The notes beneath the pieces were generated by a model. The model was given only the letters and a program-made list of their open reading frames with translations, did not search any database and was not told the origin of the DNA. 35,077 nt of DNA from Utricularia gibba (taxonomy: Eukaryota; Plantae; Magnoliophyta), in contig NEEC01000100.1 of assembly GCA_002189035.1 (NCBI GenBank), positions 1-35,077 on the forward strand. The letters are read 5' to 3'. Shown here piece by piece: positions 21,179 through 33,957 of the stretch. The number at the start of each line of letters is the position of its first letter. Position 1 is the first letter of the stretch. The position numbers and the translations under genes were made by a program.

Positions 21179-24100
21179 CTATTCAGGAAGAAGAGGCAGT
21201 CTTTTTACAAGGAATGGAGAACCATTTGTTTCCTCTAAACCAACGAGTTCTTGTGGCTTGCAAGCATCCTCAACGTCTTCAATTGCAGTCTCACAATTGT
21301 CCTCATCCATAGAATTATTAAGAGGGAGGACCCTGAGCCATGTGCCGAATTCAGAGGCGACCCTTTCTGATTTGAGATTATATTTGCGAATTAGATCCTT
21401 TTGAAGCAACAATATATTTGATGGGCGGGGAAGCAGATCAATAGGTTCCCCTGTTGGAATCACTGTCTGCTCAATTGCCATCCTCGCTTCCTTCAAGCAA
21501 CAAGGCAACATTCTTAAGTAAAAAGAGGAAAATTACCAAGGGACAAATGAGTGGAATTTGCCCCATTCACGCATGGTGCAGTAATGAGCAGAAGCATATA
21601 CAGACGACATACTAGGGGTGCTGTTCCCCTTATGAAAGCAGAAACAATAAAAAAAGAGGTACTTGTCCCAGATACAGTACCTGGCATATAGAATACAAAA
21701 ATTTCATCCAGAAATAGGAAATAGGGATCGATCACCTCTAATGCGTCCACTTTCTCTGATTCATTTGCTTTCACTTCAGATTCATATATTTCCAAGATAT
21801 CAGCATGGTCAGCCAAAAATGCTTGTATTGCTTTAATCAAGTGACTAAAAGAGCTTGTCTGCAGAAGGAAGTATGTAAGACAAGAAAAAAGATTATTTGA
21901 TGAAAACAAGAACGAGGAACCCACTGCAGCCTATCGGTAAAGTGCGGTTTACAATATACAACCAAGTTAAAACCAAACCTTGCTGACATAAATAGGAATT
22001 CCACGAGTCCTTGCAGCTGCTTGAAGGTGAGAGTTCTTCTTCAGCTTTGGCAGCAAGGCCAATAGTATATCTGCTTCACTAATATTGTCTGTAAATGCAA
22101 CGACACCCTCAATCTTCATGTGTTTGAATCCTTGCACTACACTCGTCTCGGATATCTGAATTACCCAAATAAGTTCCAAGAATTCACAGTGAGGTTAGTG
22201 GAAACTTCATTTTGTACTTACACCATATAGAAACACAGAAATAGCATCATCCAGTTTGCAGTTTCTTGCTGAAACTTCTTGTGGATTAACTGAAACGAGG
22301 CTACCATTTTCATTATTCATTTCCAATCCAACCACATCCTCTATCCCCGTATTCGTATCAGATAAATCATGCCGAAATCTTGGGTTAAAACCATCCATAA
22401 GTCCCTTGTTTAGCTTACGTAGCTCAAACCTTGGGTTGCGGCCTACCGAAAAGCAAGAGCTCAAAAATCAGGGATTCACAATTTGGCAAAGGACACAAGA
22501 AAAGGTAGGCAACACAATTTCCATAATGAAAAATACGATGACCTGAGAGGATGGCATCCACAGTTGCTTCTAAATTATGATGAACACGTAATTCAAACTT
22601 GGTAATAATCTCCACTCCACAACTAAAAGTGGACGGTCCCTTTCTCTCCAAAACCGTTTTCTGAACACCCCTGCGACTGGCCTCTTCATCTCCTAATGTT
22701 ACACTCTGCAAAAATGTTATAAAATTAGCAATATTACTTGTGTAACCACAAGGTGACACACTGGAAGCTTACAAATTAAAGGCAAAAACTGAAATCATTT
22801 GAAGTAGGGCAGGAGCACTAGTATATCAATTCATGTCCTATGTACATTGGCAGATTCAGTGGTAGAAGGGCGAGAGCAAATAATAAACCAACTATACTCA
22901 TCCAGTGTACCTGAACACCTCCAACTAGCATCTCTAAGGCCGGATTCATCACTAAATTTTCTATTGCCAATCCATGAGCGGTGGCAATTAGCTGAATTCC
23001 ACGCTGTGCAATTGTAGTTGCAGCAGCAGCTTCAAGTCTTGTGCCAATTTCATCAATCACAATCACTTGTGGCATATGATTTTCAACAGCTTCTATCAGC
23101 ACCTAAGGAAATTATCGAAATGATTAGAGGATTAGAGGAAAAAGAACAGGCAGACAACAGCGGTTCCACATTATAAATGATGCTACATTAAAGATGAATA
23201 TCTTTCCATTTTCAAGAGAAGACCATGGCGATCTCATAATCAAGGCTCCTCGCTAAGGAATATTCTGTATACCTTATGTTGAACATCATTATGCGGGACT
23301 TGCATTCGCCTAGCATTTCCAATTCCTGGGTGAGGAACATCCCCATCACCACCGATCTCATTTGAAGTGTCAACAATCATCACTCTTTTTTCATACTCAT
23401 CTGCGAGCATACGAGCTATGTCCCTGCAGAAGAACAAAAAGAAATGGATGTTACGATACCAGGGAAAGAGATGACAAATATGAGAGGATAATTCACCTGA
23501 TAATTGTTGTCTTTCCCACCCCTGGAGGCCCAATGAGTAACAAGGAAGCCCCATCTTTAACCAAATCTCGCAGCAAATTTGCACTTCCAGAAACAGCACG
23601 CCCAACTCGGCACGTTAAACCTACAATTATACCCTTGCGATTGCGAATAGCACTAATGCGGTGAAGGGTCTTGCTGATTCCAGCACGATTATCGACCCCA
23701 AAACCGCCTGTCTGCACCAAGATATTCAATTAAATGCGAAACATCGCTGTGGCAAAGAAAACATCCAGCACACCCGATATGGATGTTACCGAGGCAAAAT
23801 CTAGAGGGCCTAAAAACCAGAATACATGGGTATGCAACACCGACCAGAAAAAAAAAAAAAAAAAATCGGCAAGGCCAATGCGAACAAACAGCAAAAACAG
23901 GCGTGAGAAGCAGCACACAGAGTAATGTACCTGGGCGGCAGCATGTTGGATGTCTTCTGCCGCAATCGAGTGGTCTGACAAAATGAAGTCGCCAGACGGA
24001 AATCGGGCCAATGGCTGTCGACCCAAATCCATGACGACCTCAATCAAATCATGACATTCCGGATGCTCGCTCACCCTCCGCCGCATGTTCTCTGGCAGAA

Positions 24101-24302
24101 GCTCAAGCAACCGACCCAGCTCCACATCGAAATCCTCAGAAGTGCCTTCCACATCGCGAAACGAAAACCGCCGCGGACAGCGAAGGCTGCGAAGCGACAG
24201 GAAAGAAGTGGCACGGCACTGGAGGCGGACAGAGAAGAGTTTTTGGGTAGAAAATGGGTGTGGAAGAGGGTTAAGGCTGAGGAGGAGATGAGACCGAAGC
24301 AT
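21179..24302 (-). CDS. YCF45-like / SpoIIIAA-type AAA ATPase with plastid transit peptide, multi-exon
   Basis: [38 protein letters not shown], Walker [33 protein letters not shown], Walker [19 protein letters not shown]. Confidence 0.92.
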
Positions 24303-25699
24303 TGGACGGAGGTCGCGTAATCCGTCCGGACAGTATCAGCTTTTCAACCCCCCATAAAAATCCGATCCTACCTGTCCACGAAAAAAGGAAAAACACAAAG
24401 GAAACAATCGTATGATAATCAAAGGTCGGCAAACTCGAAAAAAAGAGAGCCTTCTGATGGTTACAATGAAAGGTTTCAATCGCTTCTGGTTTCTCTAAAG
24501 AACAGTAAAAAAAGAGATAGAAATGGAGTTCGTGAGAGTTCAGAAACGAATGAATCAAAGCTTGTCCCAAGTCCACAAGGCACAATGGAATGGAATATGG
24601 GTACCGAGCCTATTCATTGTTACAAAAAAAGATCCCATTTTTTGTCGAATCTGAGTTACCAAGGGGGAAAAAGTTTCCATTTTTACTATGGATTTTTTCC
24701 CCTGTCTGCAGGGAATGAAGGTTCGGAGGGAATCAGAGTGAGGTCCATTATCTTTGGGGAGACAACGGCACTACAGCGGTAGCAGACAAAGCTCTAAAAA
24801 AAAAGGGGGGGACGCAACCACACCCACACCCACACGCAGAGGCAGGCAGGCGCATAAATCGCTTGTTATGTATCATATCCATATAATAAATCGCCAAGAC
24901 GACGACTTGCAGGAAATAGGGAGAGAATCTGATTCAGAACCCCCCAATTGAGAGTGAAATGAAGACTGAAAGGAAATGACGTCGTTTTAATTGTGGTGCA
25001 TGTTTATGTTTTGATGGTCGCTGTGTTGGAGAGCTCTTTAATCACCATTCTGCCCAAACACTGATATCACATCACTGGAATCAAAGCCTTTCTCTTTCTT
25101 TGGAGGACTGAGAACGACGGAGAATGCTGAGGAGCTTTCAACCCAAATTCTCTTCTTTATTCTTCTCCTCCTTTTCTCGTTCATTTAACTTCGAAATCCT
25201 CCCTCCCCACTGTGTGTCCAGATAAAGGATGAAATGAATGTGATGAGAGAGAGCATTCTGCTCCGAGTTTCCTGACTCGTGCGTCGCTTAAGGGAGAGGG
25301 GGCAAGTTTCCTTTTTTGTCAACTCATATTTCAGCCGGATTCCTCACTGTACTGCGGCAGTACAGTTTCATCAAACACCTGTAGGTGAAGAGCCTAGCTC
25401 GAGGAAAAAAGATGGGTTAATGTGTGTGAAGGTAGATCAGATCAAAATGGCGAAGATTTCTGGGTTGGACAGCGCAGCAACCTTGCGGGTCATTGATGAT
25501 TGACTGGGTTATTGTTGTCGTAAAGAGTGTTGGGTCAGAGGAATCTGCAGTTTAGTCAACAAAACGCCTTCTTCCTGCTGCACCGAGGAATGTAGGTAAG
25601 AAAAAAGGGGGTCGCCGACTTGAGCTGCTGAAATAAGTCAGGAGGGCTGCCACTCAAAGCATTTCCTTTGCCATCACCGAATATGCAAGTTTGGAAAAC

Positions 25700-27029
25700 A
25701 TGGGAGAAAACAACCATCAGCAGATAACACCACGATCTCGGTTTGGTCTGAGAACAAGCTGTGGCGAGATTGTGGAGGTGCAAGGTGGCCACATCGTGAG
25801 GGCAACCGGAACAAAGGACCGCCACAGCAAGGTCTGCACTGCCAAAGGCCCTAGAGATCGGCGCGTCCGCTTGGCTGCACACACAGCCATTCAATTTTAT
25901 GATGTTCAAGATCGCCTTGGCTATGACCGACCCAGCAAAGCCGTCGACTGGCTCATCAAGAAGGCCAAAGCCGCCATTGATGAGCTTGCACAGCTTCCCC
26001 CTGGCATCCCACTTCGTGCTCTCCCCGAAATGTTCGTTTCAATGAAGAAGATGCTCGGATGAAGTTTAATGAAGAAGAACCTCAAATGAAGCTTGAGACT
26101 GAGCATCACTCGGAGCACCAACAGCTCCTTGGTGTGCATGACTCAGATTTCATGATCAATATTTCTGCCCCTGCGAGTAAAACGCCCACGGTAATGCTTG
26201 AAGAGGAACATGGGCAACAAGATTTGCACAACCAGAGAGCCAATGGCAGCATCATTAATCCCACCCCCAGAGCACGAGCTTTTTGCCTCCAGTATACATC
26301 GATGGCATTGCAGATACAATCAAGCCTTTTTTTCCAGCGGGTGCTTCTGCAGCTGAAGCTAGTTCGTCTTCTACGAAATTTCAGAACTTCCGATTTCCAG
26401 ATTTACTTTCAAGAAATAGAGGTAACTTCCAGGATTTGAGGCTTTCACTCCAATCATTTCAAGATCCCCTGCTGTTCTACCATCATCCTCAGCAGCATTT
26501 GAACACCACTCACCACCCAGAACAAGCTTGCCAGCAAGGACATGTCCAAACTCAGATTATACTGAGTGGAACTCCGCTGGGATTCGATGTTACCGCAACA
26601 CGGGATGCGTATCATCAACAGGCTGCAGAAGTAACTCGTCTCCAGAGGCCATTGACCTGGAATTCCAGTGGTGGTGACACCGGTAGTGGGGCCGGCGCTG
26701 CAGCTTTCTTATTCAGTTTGCCGCAACTGTTAGGCCATTCCCAGTTTTTGCCACAGAGGGGACCCCTTCAGTCCAATAACCCACCTCTAGCTCGTGCTTG
26801 GATGGATCAATCAGACGTAACCACTGGCTCGGATGATCCCAGCCAACAGCACCACCTTCCCGAAACAGCTCTTCCCATCTATCAATCGTCAGTGCAAGGG
26901 ATTGGGTTTGCGTCAGGAGTTGGTGGGTGTTCTAGGTTTCACATTCCCGAAAGAATTCAGGATATTGAAGGAGAGCACGATGGCCACTCTCAAAAGCCAT
27001 CTTTTGCTTCCCCTGATACACCCCATTAA
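25700..27029 (+). CDS. TCP4: CIN-class (TCP3/TCP4-like) TCP transcription factor, intronless, with two apparent 1-bp deletions
   Basis: TCP domain [47 protein letters not shown]. Adding a T at ~26002 restores LPPWHPT and adding a C at 26264-26268 restores SFLPP...IADTIK. Contains QRGPLQS and C-terminal FHIPERIQ. Confidence 0.9.
26756..26776 (+). promoter_or_regulatory. miR319 (JAW) target site
   Basis: GAGGGGACCCCTTCAGTCCAA; the last 13 nt are perfectly complementary to the 5' end of miR319 (UUGGACUGAAGGG). Confidence 0.92.
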
Positions 27030-27984
27030 AGGTGATAGCTGCACTCGCTCTTTGTCCATTTCTCTTACAATCGGTAATTTTTCTTCACCGAGTTATTTTT
27101 TTCGGAAAGATTAAATACTGGGTGGATGAAAAATCTGATTACTTTATGCAGTTTTGCTTTTTGTGGGGAAGAAGCAAGAACCGGTTTCTCTCAATTGCGC
27201 CTTTACTTCCGGCCAACAATCTAGATGGCTGATTCCTCAATTGGCTACTACTCCCTCGACTATGTTACATGTTGGGTGTTCCCCTTCCATTCCATCTGTA
27301 TTTGAAACGGAAGAGAGCTAAATGGAACTCGACCAAGGGTTAGAGCGAGAGCCTGCTGGACGCTTAGAGTTGTCAGGACGCTACTGTCTCATTCTGTGTG
27401 ATTCAATTGACAGATTTGTTGTTCCTGCTGAATGAGCGTTTAAACCCGGCGAAAATCTTAGTTATTATGAAGAATTCACTGTTGGCAATCACTCATAGGA
27501 GCCTCATCCCTGAATTATAAAGCTTCAAACATTGGCATGGATTTTGATGGATGTTCATTGCTGAGACTTGTGGGGTGCATCTCGAAGAACGAAGCTGGAG
27601 AGAGCAACACTTAATTGGATGGTGTGTATCTTCTGTTCACCTATTTCAACAAGCCTGAGCCCGTTTCTCTTCTTTCAGAAACACTTCCAGCAAACTACAG
27701 CGTGATCAGCTCATCCAGTTTCAACACCAGGAAAAGAGGGTTGCTTTAGATCGCTTCGCTTTTCTTTCTCCTATGCCAATGACATGAATACCAATTAGCA
27801 CCGTTGTTTGCTTTGAATTCATGGTCCCGAATGTTTTCTGCATTGCTGAAGCTTCTGTTTTTTACTCTTTAGCAATTCTGGTCGTGTGAAATAACCTGAA
27901 ACTTACAATCAGTGTCCCAAAGAGTCAAGACCATCCAAAGTAGTAGCGACGAAGGTAACCACGTCCGAGAGTGAATTGTTCCCA

Positions 27985-29081
27985 TTATCGTTTTTCTTCG
28001 GGGCTGTGATCTTCGCTGCTGCTAGGTATATCAGAAACACTGGATTTCACCTCAGATGAACTTGTAGGTTCTTCAGTGTAACCGCCTGGACTACCCATCA
28101 AGGAGTTGATGGCAAGCTGGGCAGAGTACAGGAACAATCCAAGAGAATTGGCTCCAAAAACAAATGTGGCGAGATAGCACAAGCCATTGATTATTGTCCT
28201 GTGAAATAACGCAGCTGTTAACTGAACAAAAAGCAAGGGGGACACGGGTTACATTACCTTATGGTTATTGTTATCTGGCGCACCTAGAAACAATGAAAGA
28301 AGAGCGTGCAGTTGAGTTGGTTGGATGTGAGGGTGGGGAGGAATCCAGGATGATGAAAATAGAACCTTACCGAGTAATTATCTGAAATTGTTTGGCGATC
28401 GAGTGCAGATCCGATTGTTGTAGTGAACTTGTAAAGAATCAAAGCAATGGAGCCGGCTGCCAATGCGCCGAGAAACGCCTGAATAGGTTTTGGTTGAGAT
28501 TTGGAGGCTGCTGGCGACAGAGTAACAGACTTCAGGCTCTCCAAGGCCTCTTCAGTTAGAGACTTGGTTTCACCGGATGATCTGAATTTCTGATTCGTAA
28601 AATGGGGAACAGCCGATCAATGTGCAAAAAGCTATAATCGAACAATCCCAAGAGAAAACCAACAAGTAAAACTCCGGTGCTTAGAATTGGGAAAAGGAAA
28701 AGGCGGCAAGCAGCGTACATTTTCTCTGGCACGTTGGGCGCGGCGGCGGAGAGAGCGAAAGAGTAGCAGGGTGATGGAGCCTGTGAGGAGAAAACTAGTC
28801 AAAGACTGGAGAGGCGTGGGCTCATCCGAGGTAGCGAAAATGGTTGATCTCGAAGGAGATATCTCTATAGGACCATCTTGGGAGTCTGTCACACTATCGT
28901 CGCTCCTTTCGGATACGACCTCTGCAATCGCATTTCGAGAAGAGAGGCTGGAGAGACGAAGGACAGGTACGGAAACAGCAGTGAGAGAAAGGGGGCACGG
29001 ATTTGAAGAAGAAGATAGCAAAGGGACATGGACCGGCAGGAGAGGGAGGAACTGCCGTGGAGAAGATGATAGTATCCACAT
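27985..29081 (-). CDS. DUF3082 family plastid membrane protein, 3 exons
   Basis: Transit-like N-terminus, PTPLQSL..FL.GSI..LLFRSLRRRAQRARE, QAFLGALAAGSIALILYKFTTTI, RTIINGLCYLATFVFGANSLGLFLYSAQLAINS. Confidence 0.8.
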
Positions 29082-29231
29082 TTGACGCTGGGGTTTTTTG
29101 GAGAAGCGATCAGGTTAACCATGTATGTTTTTTCTAAATAAATTATCAGCTGCTCACGTTTGTAGTTGTGGGCCTGCAAGATGCGATCTTGTCGTCAGAC
29201 CGGCTCGAAAGGCTTCAGCCCACAACCACCG

Positions 29232-29254
29232 CCTGATCCTGATCCTGATCCTGA
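29232..29254. repeat. (CCTGAT)n hexamer repeat, about 4 units
   Basis: Direct reading; lies in the 300-bp gap between two genes. Confidence 0.8.
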
Positions 29255-29379
29255 ATCCCTCCCTGATCATCCATCATTTCAGCAATTCAATCCATGCGAA
29301 ACCTTAAAACTGGGAGACGACTAGCACCTTGATTGCGTTAGGAGTTTCGCATGCAACTCTCTACTGAGAAGCTTTTACA

Positions 29380-30877
29380 TTAGATTCGGTTACGGAAGAG
29401 AAATGTAACAGAATGAGGCGAAGTGCGAGCTCGTTTTGCTGTTACTTGAAGGTGAGCGCCATCAGCAAGCATGCGCCGTAAGACTCTCGCTATATTCTTG
29501 GAATCATCAATACCAACATGGTGGCTGCCCAACAACGGGATGTGGAGATGTCGCATCATCGAGAGCATTCCAGGCGCCTGCTTCAGACAAGAGAACCGCT
29601 TAGCAGCAGCAAGACCCCACTATGAAGACCCCCTCCAGCAGACAGTGAAAATTCAAATACAGAATGTTGGCGCTAACCCTTGTATTGTAGAAGTTGAGGA
29701 AAATGTCCTTGATATTGATCCATTCCATAAAATAAGGAGGAAGTTCAATACCCGAAACCTTGCATTGATCTGGGATTTTTGTTTTGAGATCCCAGTTCCC
29801 ACTGGTTCGTGGTCATAGCATAGCAAAAGCAGGTAAAAAGAATCTCGTGAGCCAACATATTTCATTTCTAAAGAAAATGCAACTCACGCTTGTACAAAAA
29901 TGCAGCTTCGTGAGTTGGATGGCTGGTTCTCACCAAGTCACGAATGCTGCTCTATGCAGAATGCCATCTCCAGACTCCTGTCTTAGAGCAATACCCCCGA
30001 CTCTCTCTTTTCTCAGCCAACCTTCAAACTGTTCGATGACATCTGCAAACTTTATGGCAGTGTCATGCCACACACTGCACAGGATTATAGAACCCAACCG
30101 GGATGGTTTCATTTTCAGCGCAAGCAGATTGGTTGGGAGTAAATAGCATCTAACTAAACTAAAAAGCACGCAAAAAAAAAGATCCATACCGATCCAAACC
30201 AAGCATTCCATACTTTCCCTCAATGTACTCGTTTATCCTTTGTTGGCTCATCTTAGTAGGCCTTACGAACCTGGGCACATAGGAAGAGAACAGATGGAAT
30301 GCGTGGTGCAAATCGCACCCATATCTATGTAAACCTCAGTGAAGGTTTTCTTTTTAATATGAGGGATTGCTTCTGACCTGTGGAAAACGTCTACTACGTC
30401 CAGAGTCTTGGTATCGAATAGTAGCACTGGAAATTCCAGAACCTCGACTTTTCCCTCTAAATCAAGCACGAGAAAGTAATCATAGTCTTGTCCCAGGACA
30501 TTTGGTGACCCGGAAACGCTGTCCCCTAATTGCACAGAGCAGCTATGACTGAACTTCTCAAGGTGCAGAGGATCTTCACTCTACATGAGTTAAAACAGCA
30601 AAACACATCACAGTGAGAAGGCTTCAGAGATTTCCGGAAAATGAGACGCATTTCACATAGGGATCACCTTCGTACACTTCCCTTGGGTGTAATACAAACA
30701 CGTGGGCTTCCATTTCGAACCTATGCTGGGTTTCGAAGAATGAGAGGAACACGTGACGAATGATGTTCGCGATTGAGACCGAAACGATAACGGAGAGGGG
30801 AATAAATGAAAGGGAAGGAGAGGAGAAGATAGCAAAACTGGGCGGCGCAACAAATTTATCTCCCGGAGCGCGGCCAT
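29380..30877 (-). CDS. ERL1: ERI1-like DEDDh 3'-5' exonuclease with CCCH finger and plastid transit peptide, multi-exon
   Basis: WKPTCLYYTQGKCT, YFLVLDLEGKVEVLEFPVL, WHDTAIKF, GSHHVGIDDSKNIARVL, C-terminal FLFRNRI*. First plausible ATG is MAALREINLLRR at 30877. Confidence 0.85.
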
Positions 30878-31985
30878 AGGAGAAATGGAATTAGGGCAAG
30901 GCAGATCGTCCCATTGTTCACAAAAGTTAAAATCGGGGAAAAGGGAAGGCAGGGCGGGGCAGGAGGAAGTTTGCAAGTTGTCTCATGGGGCAGAACCGTA
31001 GAAGGAAGGATCGGGGTGTTGCCGTGAGAGATGGTTGTGAAGACGAGGGCACGGCAGGAATTGCCAACACCCAAGGCCTTTGCTACACATTTTGGTTTTT
31101 GGATTCCAGTGAAGGCAAGAAGAGTGGAGCATGAAAAGGAAGGATTGTGAAAAGTCCCCACACGCAGTTAATCGCCATTAATTCATGTGTAATCAAAAGA
31201 TAGAGGGTAGGCCAGCGCTATTTCTTCCTTTTTTTGGTTTTTACTTCCTTTTATCCAAGGGGGCTGAAGCTGAAGCCCAATGAGACCAGATTGACCGTGA
31301 GGTTGCATTGCAATTTAATGTCGTTTAATTCAAGTTGCACCAGTCCCCTGGTAGGAGGGCACATGTGTTACATAGAGAGTCTGGGCTTTTATGAACCCCA
31401 TTAATTATGCTACCCTATCCTTGGCAAGGAAAGGATAGCATAGGGGCTAATCAGCAATTAAGGATGACTTGAGAAATCACCACTTGGGGTGAGGGGGGCC
31501 TGAAGGATGTAGATCCTTCCTAGACAGGCCAACGTGTGAGGCTCCCTCAATTTGGCCTTTCAGATTAGCCGGTAACCCGTAAATTGACAGCAAACCTGTC
31601 CCGTGTCCTGGGTCTACGCACCTAAATTTACTACCAGGGAACCACTGCACTGCACACATCCCATCCCGGGTAGCATCTTGTCTATCCTCTGAAGCACATG
31701 GTTGGGTTGGTTGTCCTAACGCTTGGAACTCACAAACAACGGGTTTTGATACATTTTGGATGTCCAGGGAAACAAAAAAAGAAAACAGAAAGAATGCGAG
31801 GGATGAATTCACAGTGCGACAGGGGCAAGCCGAAGAAAATCGATGTCACGCTCTAGCAGCAAAGTCATACTGCGAAGGATGGTACCAATCCAACGCAACA
31901 CTCGCTATAGAAACTCCACAAGTAGTCCCGCTTTAATTTTTCTTTCTTATTCTAATTGATATCGGTACAAGACAAAACCCGGGTG

Positions 31986-32546
31986 TCACTTGACCCCGCC
32001 GGGAAATGGCGCATGATTTGATCCCTTGGGGATGCCAAGCATCAGACACGCGTAAAGCTCTTCAAGCTTGAGAGAATCCCCATTTCCCCAGTTCCCAGAG
32101 TAGCCAACATCGTCGTTTAAGCTCGAACAGACTGTGGTGGTGGTTTCGTCGCCGCCGCTGGACAGGGAGGACCCAAAGACGGGGTTTTGAAACTGTGACC
32201 TGAAAGCAGTAGTATCTTGAGTAGCCCGTTTAAGCTCTGCTCTCAGACTCTCCACTTGTTTCTCTAGTTGCCTTTTGTCGGCAAGAGCGGCTTCCAGACG
32301 CAGCTGCAGGGCCCCGTAGTCGAGCTCCAAGCTCTGGTTCTTCCACCTCGCTCTCTTGTTCTGGTACCAGATGGCAATTTGGCGCGGTGGTACACCCAGC
32401 TCCCGAGCTAACTGGAACTTCCGCTCAGGTTCCAGCTTCTTACCGGCGATGAAGCTGGCTTCCAGGACTCGTACTTGGTCTTGAGTCAGCCTCTTCTTCT
32501 GCAGTTTCAAGGCGTGGTGGCTCTTCTGGCTGTGTTGAAGGCTCAT
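31986..32546 (-). CDS. ATHB52: HD-Zip class I homeobox-leucine zipper, ATHB52-like, intronless, 186 aa
   Basis: [16 protein letters not shown]...[38 protein letters not shown] followed by leucine heptads. Confidence 0.85.
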   Translation of the reverse strand: MSLQHSQKSHHALKLQKKRLTQDQVRVLEASFIAGKKLEPERKFQLARELGVPPRQIAIWYQNKRARWKNQSLELDYGALQLRLEAALADKRQLEKQVESLRAELKRATQDTTAFRSQFQNPVFGSSLSSGGDETTTTVCSSLNDDVGYSGNWGNGDSLKLEELYACLMLGIPKGSNHAPFPGGVK

Positions 32547-33957
32547 GATGAATCCTCTGTTTTTTTTTTTTTTTTGGTTTGTTTTTTTTTTTTCCTTTAC
32601 TCTCCGTTGGAGAATGGAAAAAAGGATTGGTTGGGGGCCTGTGCGTGGGGAGTAGCAGTATATATAGGAGGTTTAACTTTAAAATTATCCGTGGGGTGGC
32701 TGTAGGAGCACCACCTCGTGTACAGAAGAATATTAATGTGGGGTTTGACGAAAAACATGATGTTTGAGTTTATTCATCAGCTTCTGAAAGGGATTGATAA
32801 TTGATGTACAGATGGTGGTGGCCGAGGCCAACTCTCTTGGCAATTCGTCGGTAGGAGTAGCCTATAGGGAACGACTCCCATGAAAAGTTCGGGTAAACTT
32901 AATATTTTAGCTTCTCTCAACTGGGGTCCTGCCCTCGACTTCAGTTCCAAATTCCTCTCTGATTCTACCCAAAATAGATTACTACCAACTTGATTAGCCC
33001 ACCCTGTAGTGTAGACTCGCTAGAAGCTAGAGCGTGTGAATGAGGTAAGATAACTAAGCAAGATGCTGCACTAGACGACTAGACAAAGACTAATACACCC
33101 AGAGCCGTTTAGTGGGCCAGCAAGTGCGACGCTTGAGGGGCAGGCAGGCAGGCTCGGTCAAGTCCTCGCCATATTTTCCTGGTTGCCAAAAGCTCTACCA
33201 CTTCAGCAGTCTTTTCAAGTTGCCACACACGTTCGCTCCTTTTTCCTAAATATCAACAATATCGCAAGCATAATGCTCTTAGAATTGCGCTACCCAAAAA
33301 CAAAATACCACAACTAGGACGAATCGGAAGGAAAATAGATACCAGCAAGCCTGCCTGAACTAGTATCATGGCAGGGCACATTTGGGTGTTTGGGGGTAAT
33401 CTGTGGAGGTAGCTGTTCATTGGAATCCCCTGACTCCCCGGTATCTCAGCGGCTGTTACCTTTGCAGAATCAATCAGGTTATTTCGATCCCAGCTCCTGG
33501 TCCCCCACAAATGCATTTGGATGGAACATAACATCAACTACGTGCTTACGTGTAACCTGTAATATTCACAAATTTGCGTTTTGCAATATGCCAATTACCC
33601 TACATGTGTAAAGCAAATTCATTACAGGCAGGTACAACTCATCAACCTCCGCGGTGCTTTTCACCAGAGCACAAGAGTCAAATAGTGACTACTCACTCAC
33701 TACCAATAAGTGCTTATCCATTACCTAGTTTAAAGAATGAGGGAATGCCATTTAATGTAATTTGTAATGGAAAGAGCTTCTGCGCCAAAGGACCTCAATT
33801 CCAATTCGATAGCGGACGAATAGTCAGCTGAAACAATCAGCAACAACACAAAGAACCAGAGAATCTTCCTCCACCCACAGGCCACAACACAGAGATTGAG
33901 AGTCCTTCTGAGTTATGGAACCTCCACATCAGCTGTTAGCTGAACTATCAGTTGAGC

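Noticed and set aside
31460-31471. AAGGATGACTTG, a 12-nt match to miR169
   Set aside because: The 5' seed is missing and there is no proper precursor fold-back in the expected arm order.
33253-33930. Possible small gene between ATHB52-like and DAAT (94-aa ORF, hydrophobic stretch, splice-like sites)
   Set aside because: Candidate exons have stops in all frames, no family was recognised, and the region begins within 30 nt of the DAAT stop, so it is probably 3' UTR.
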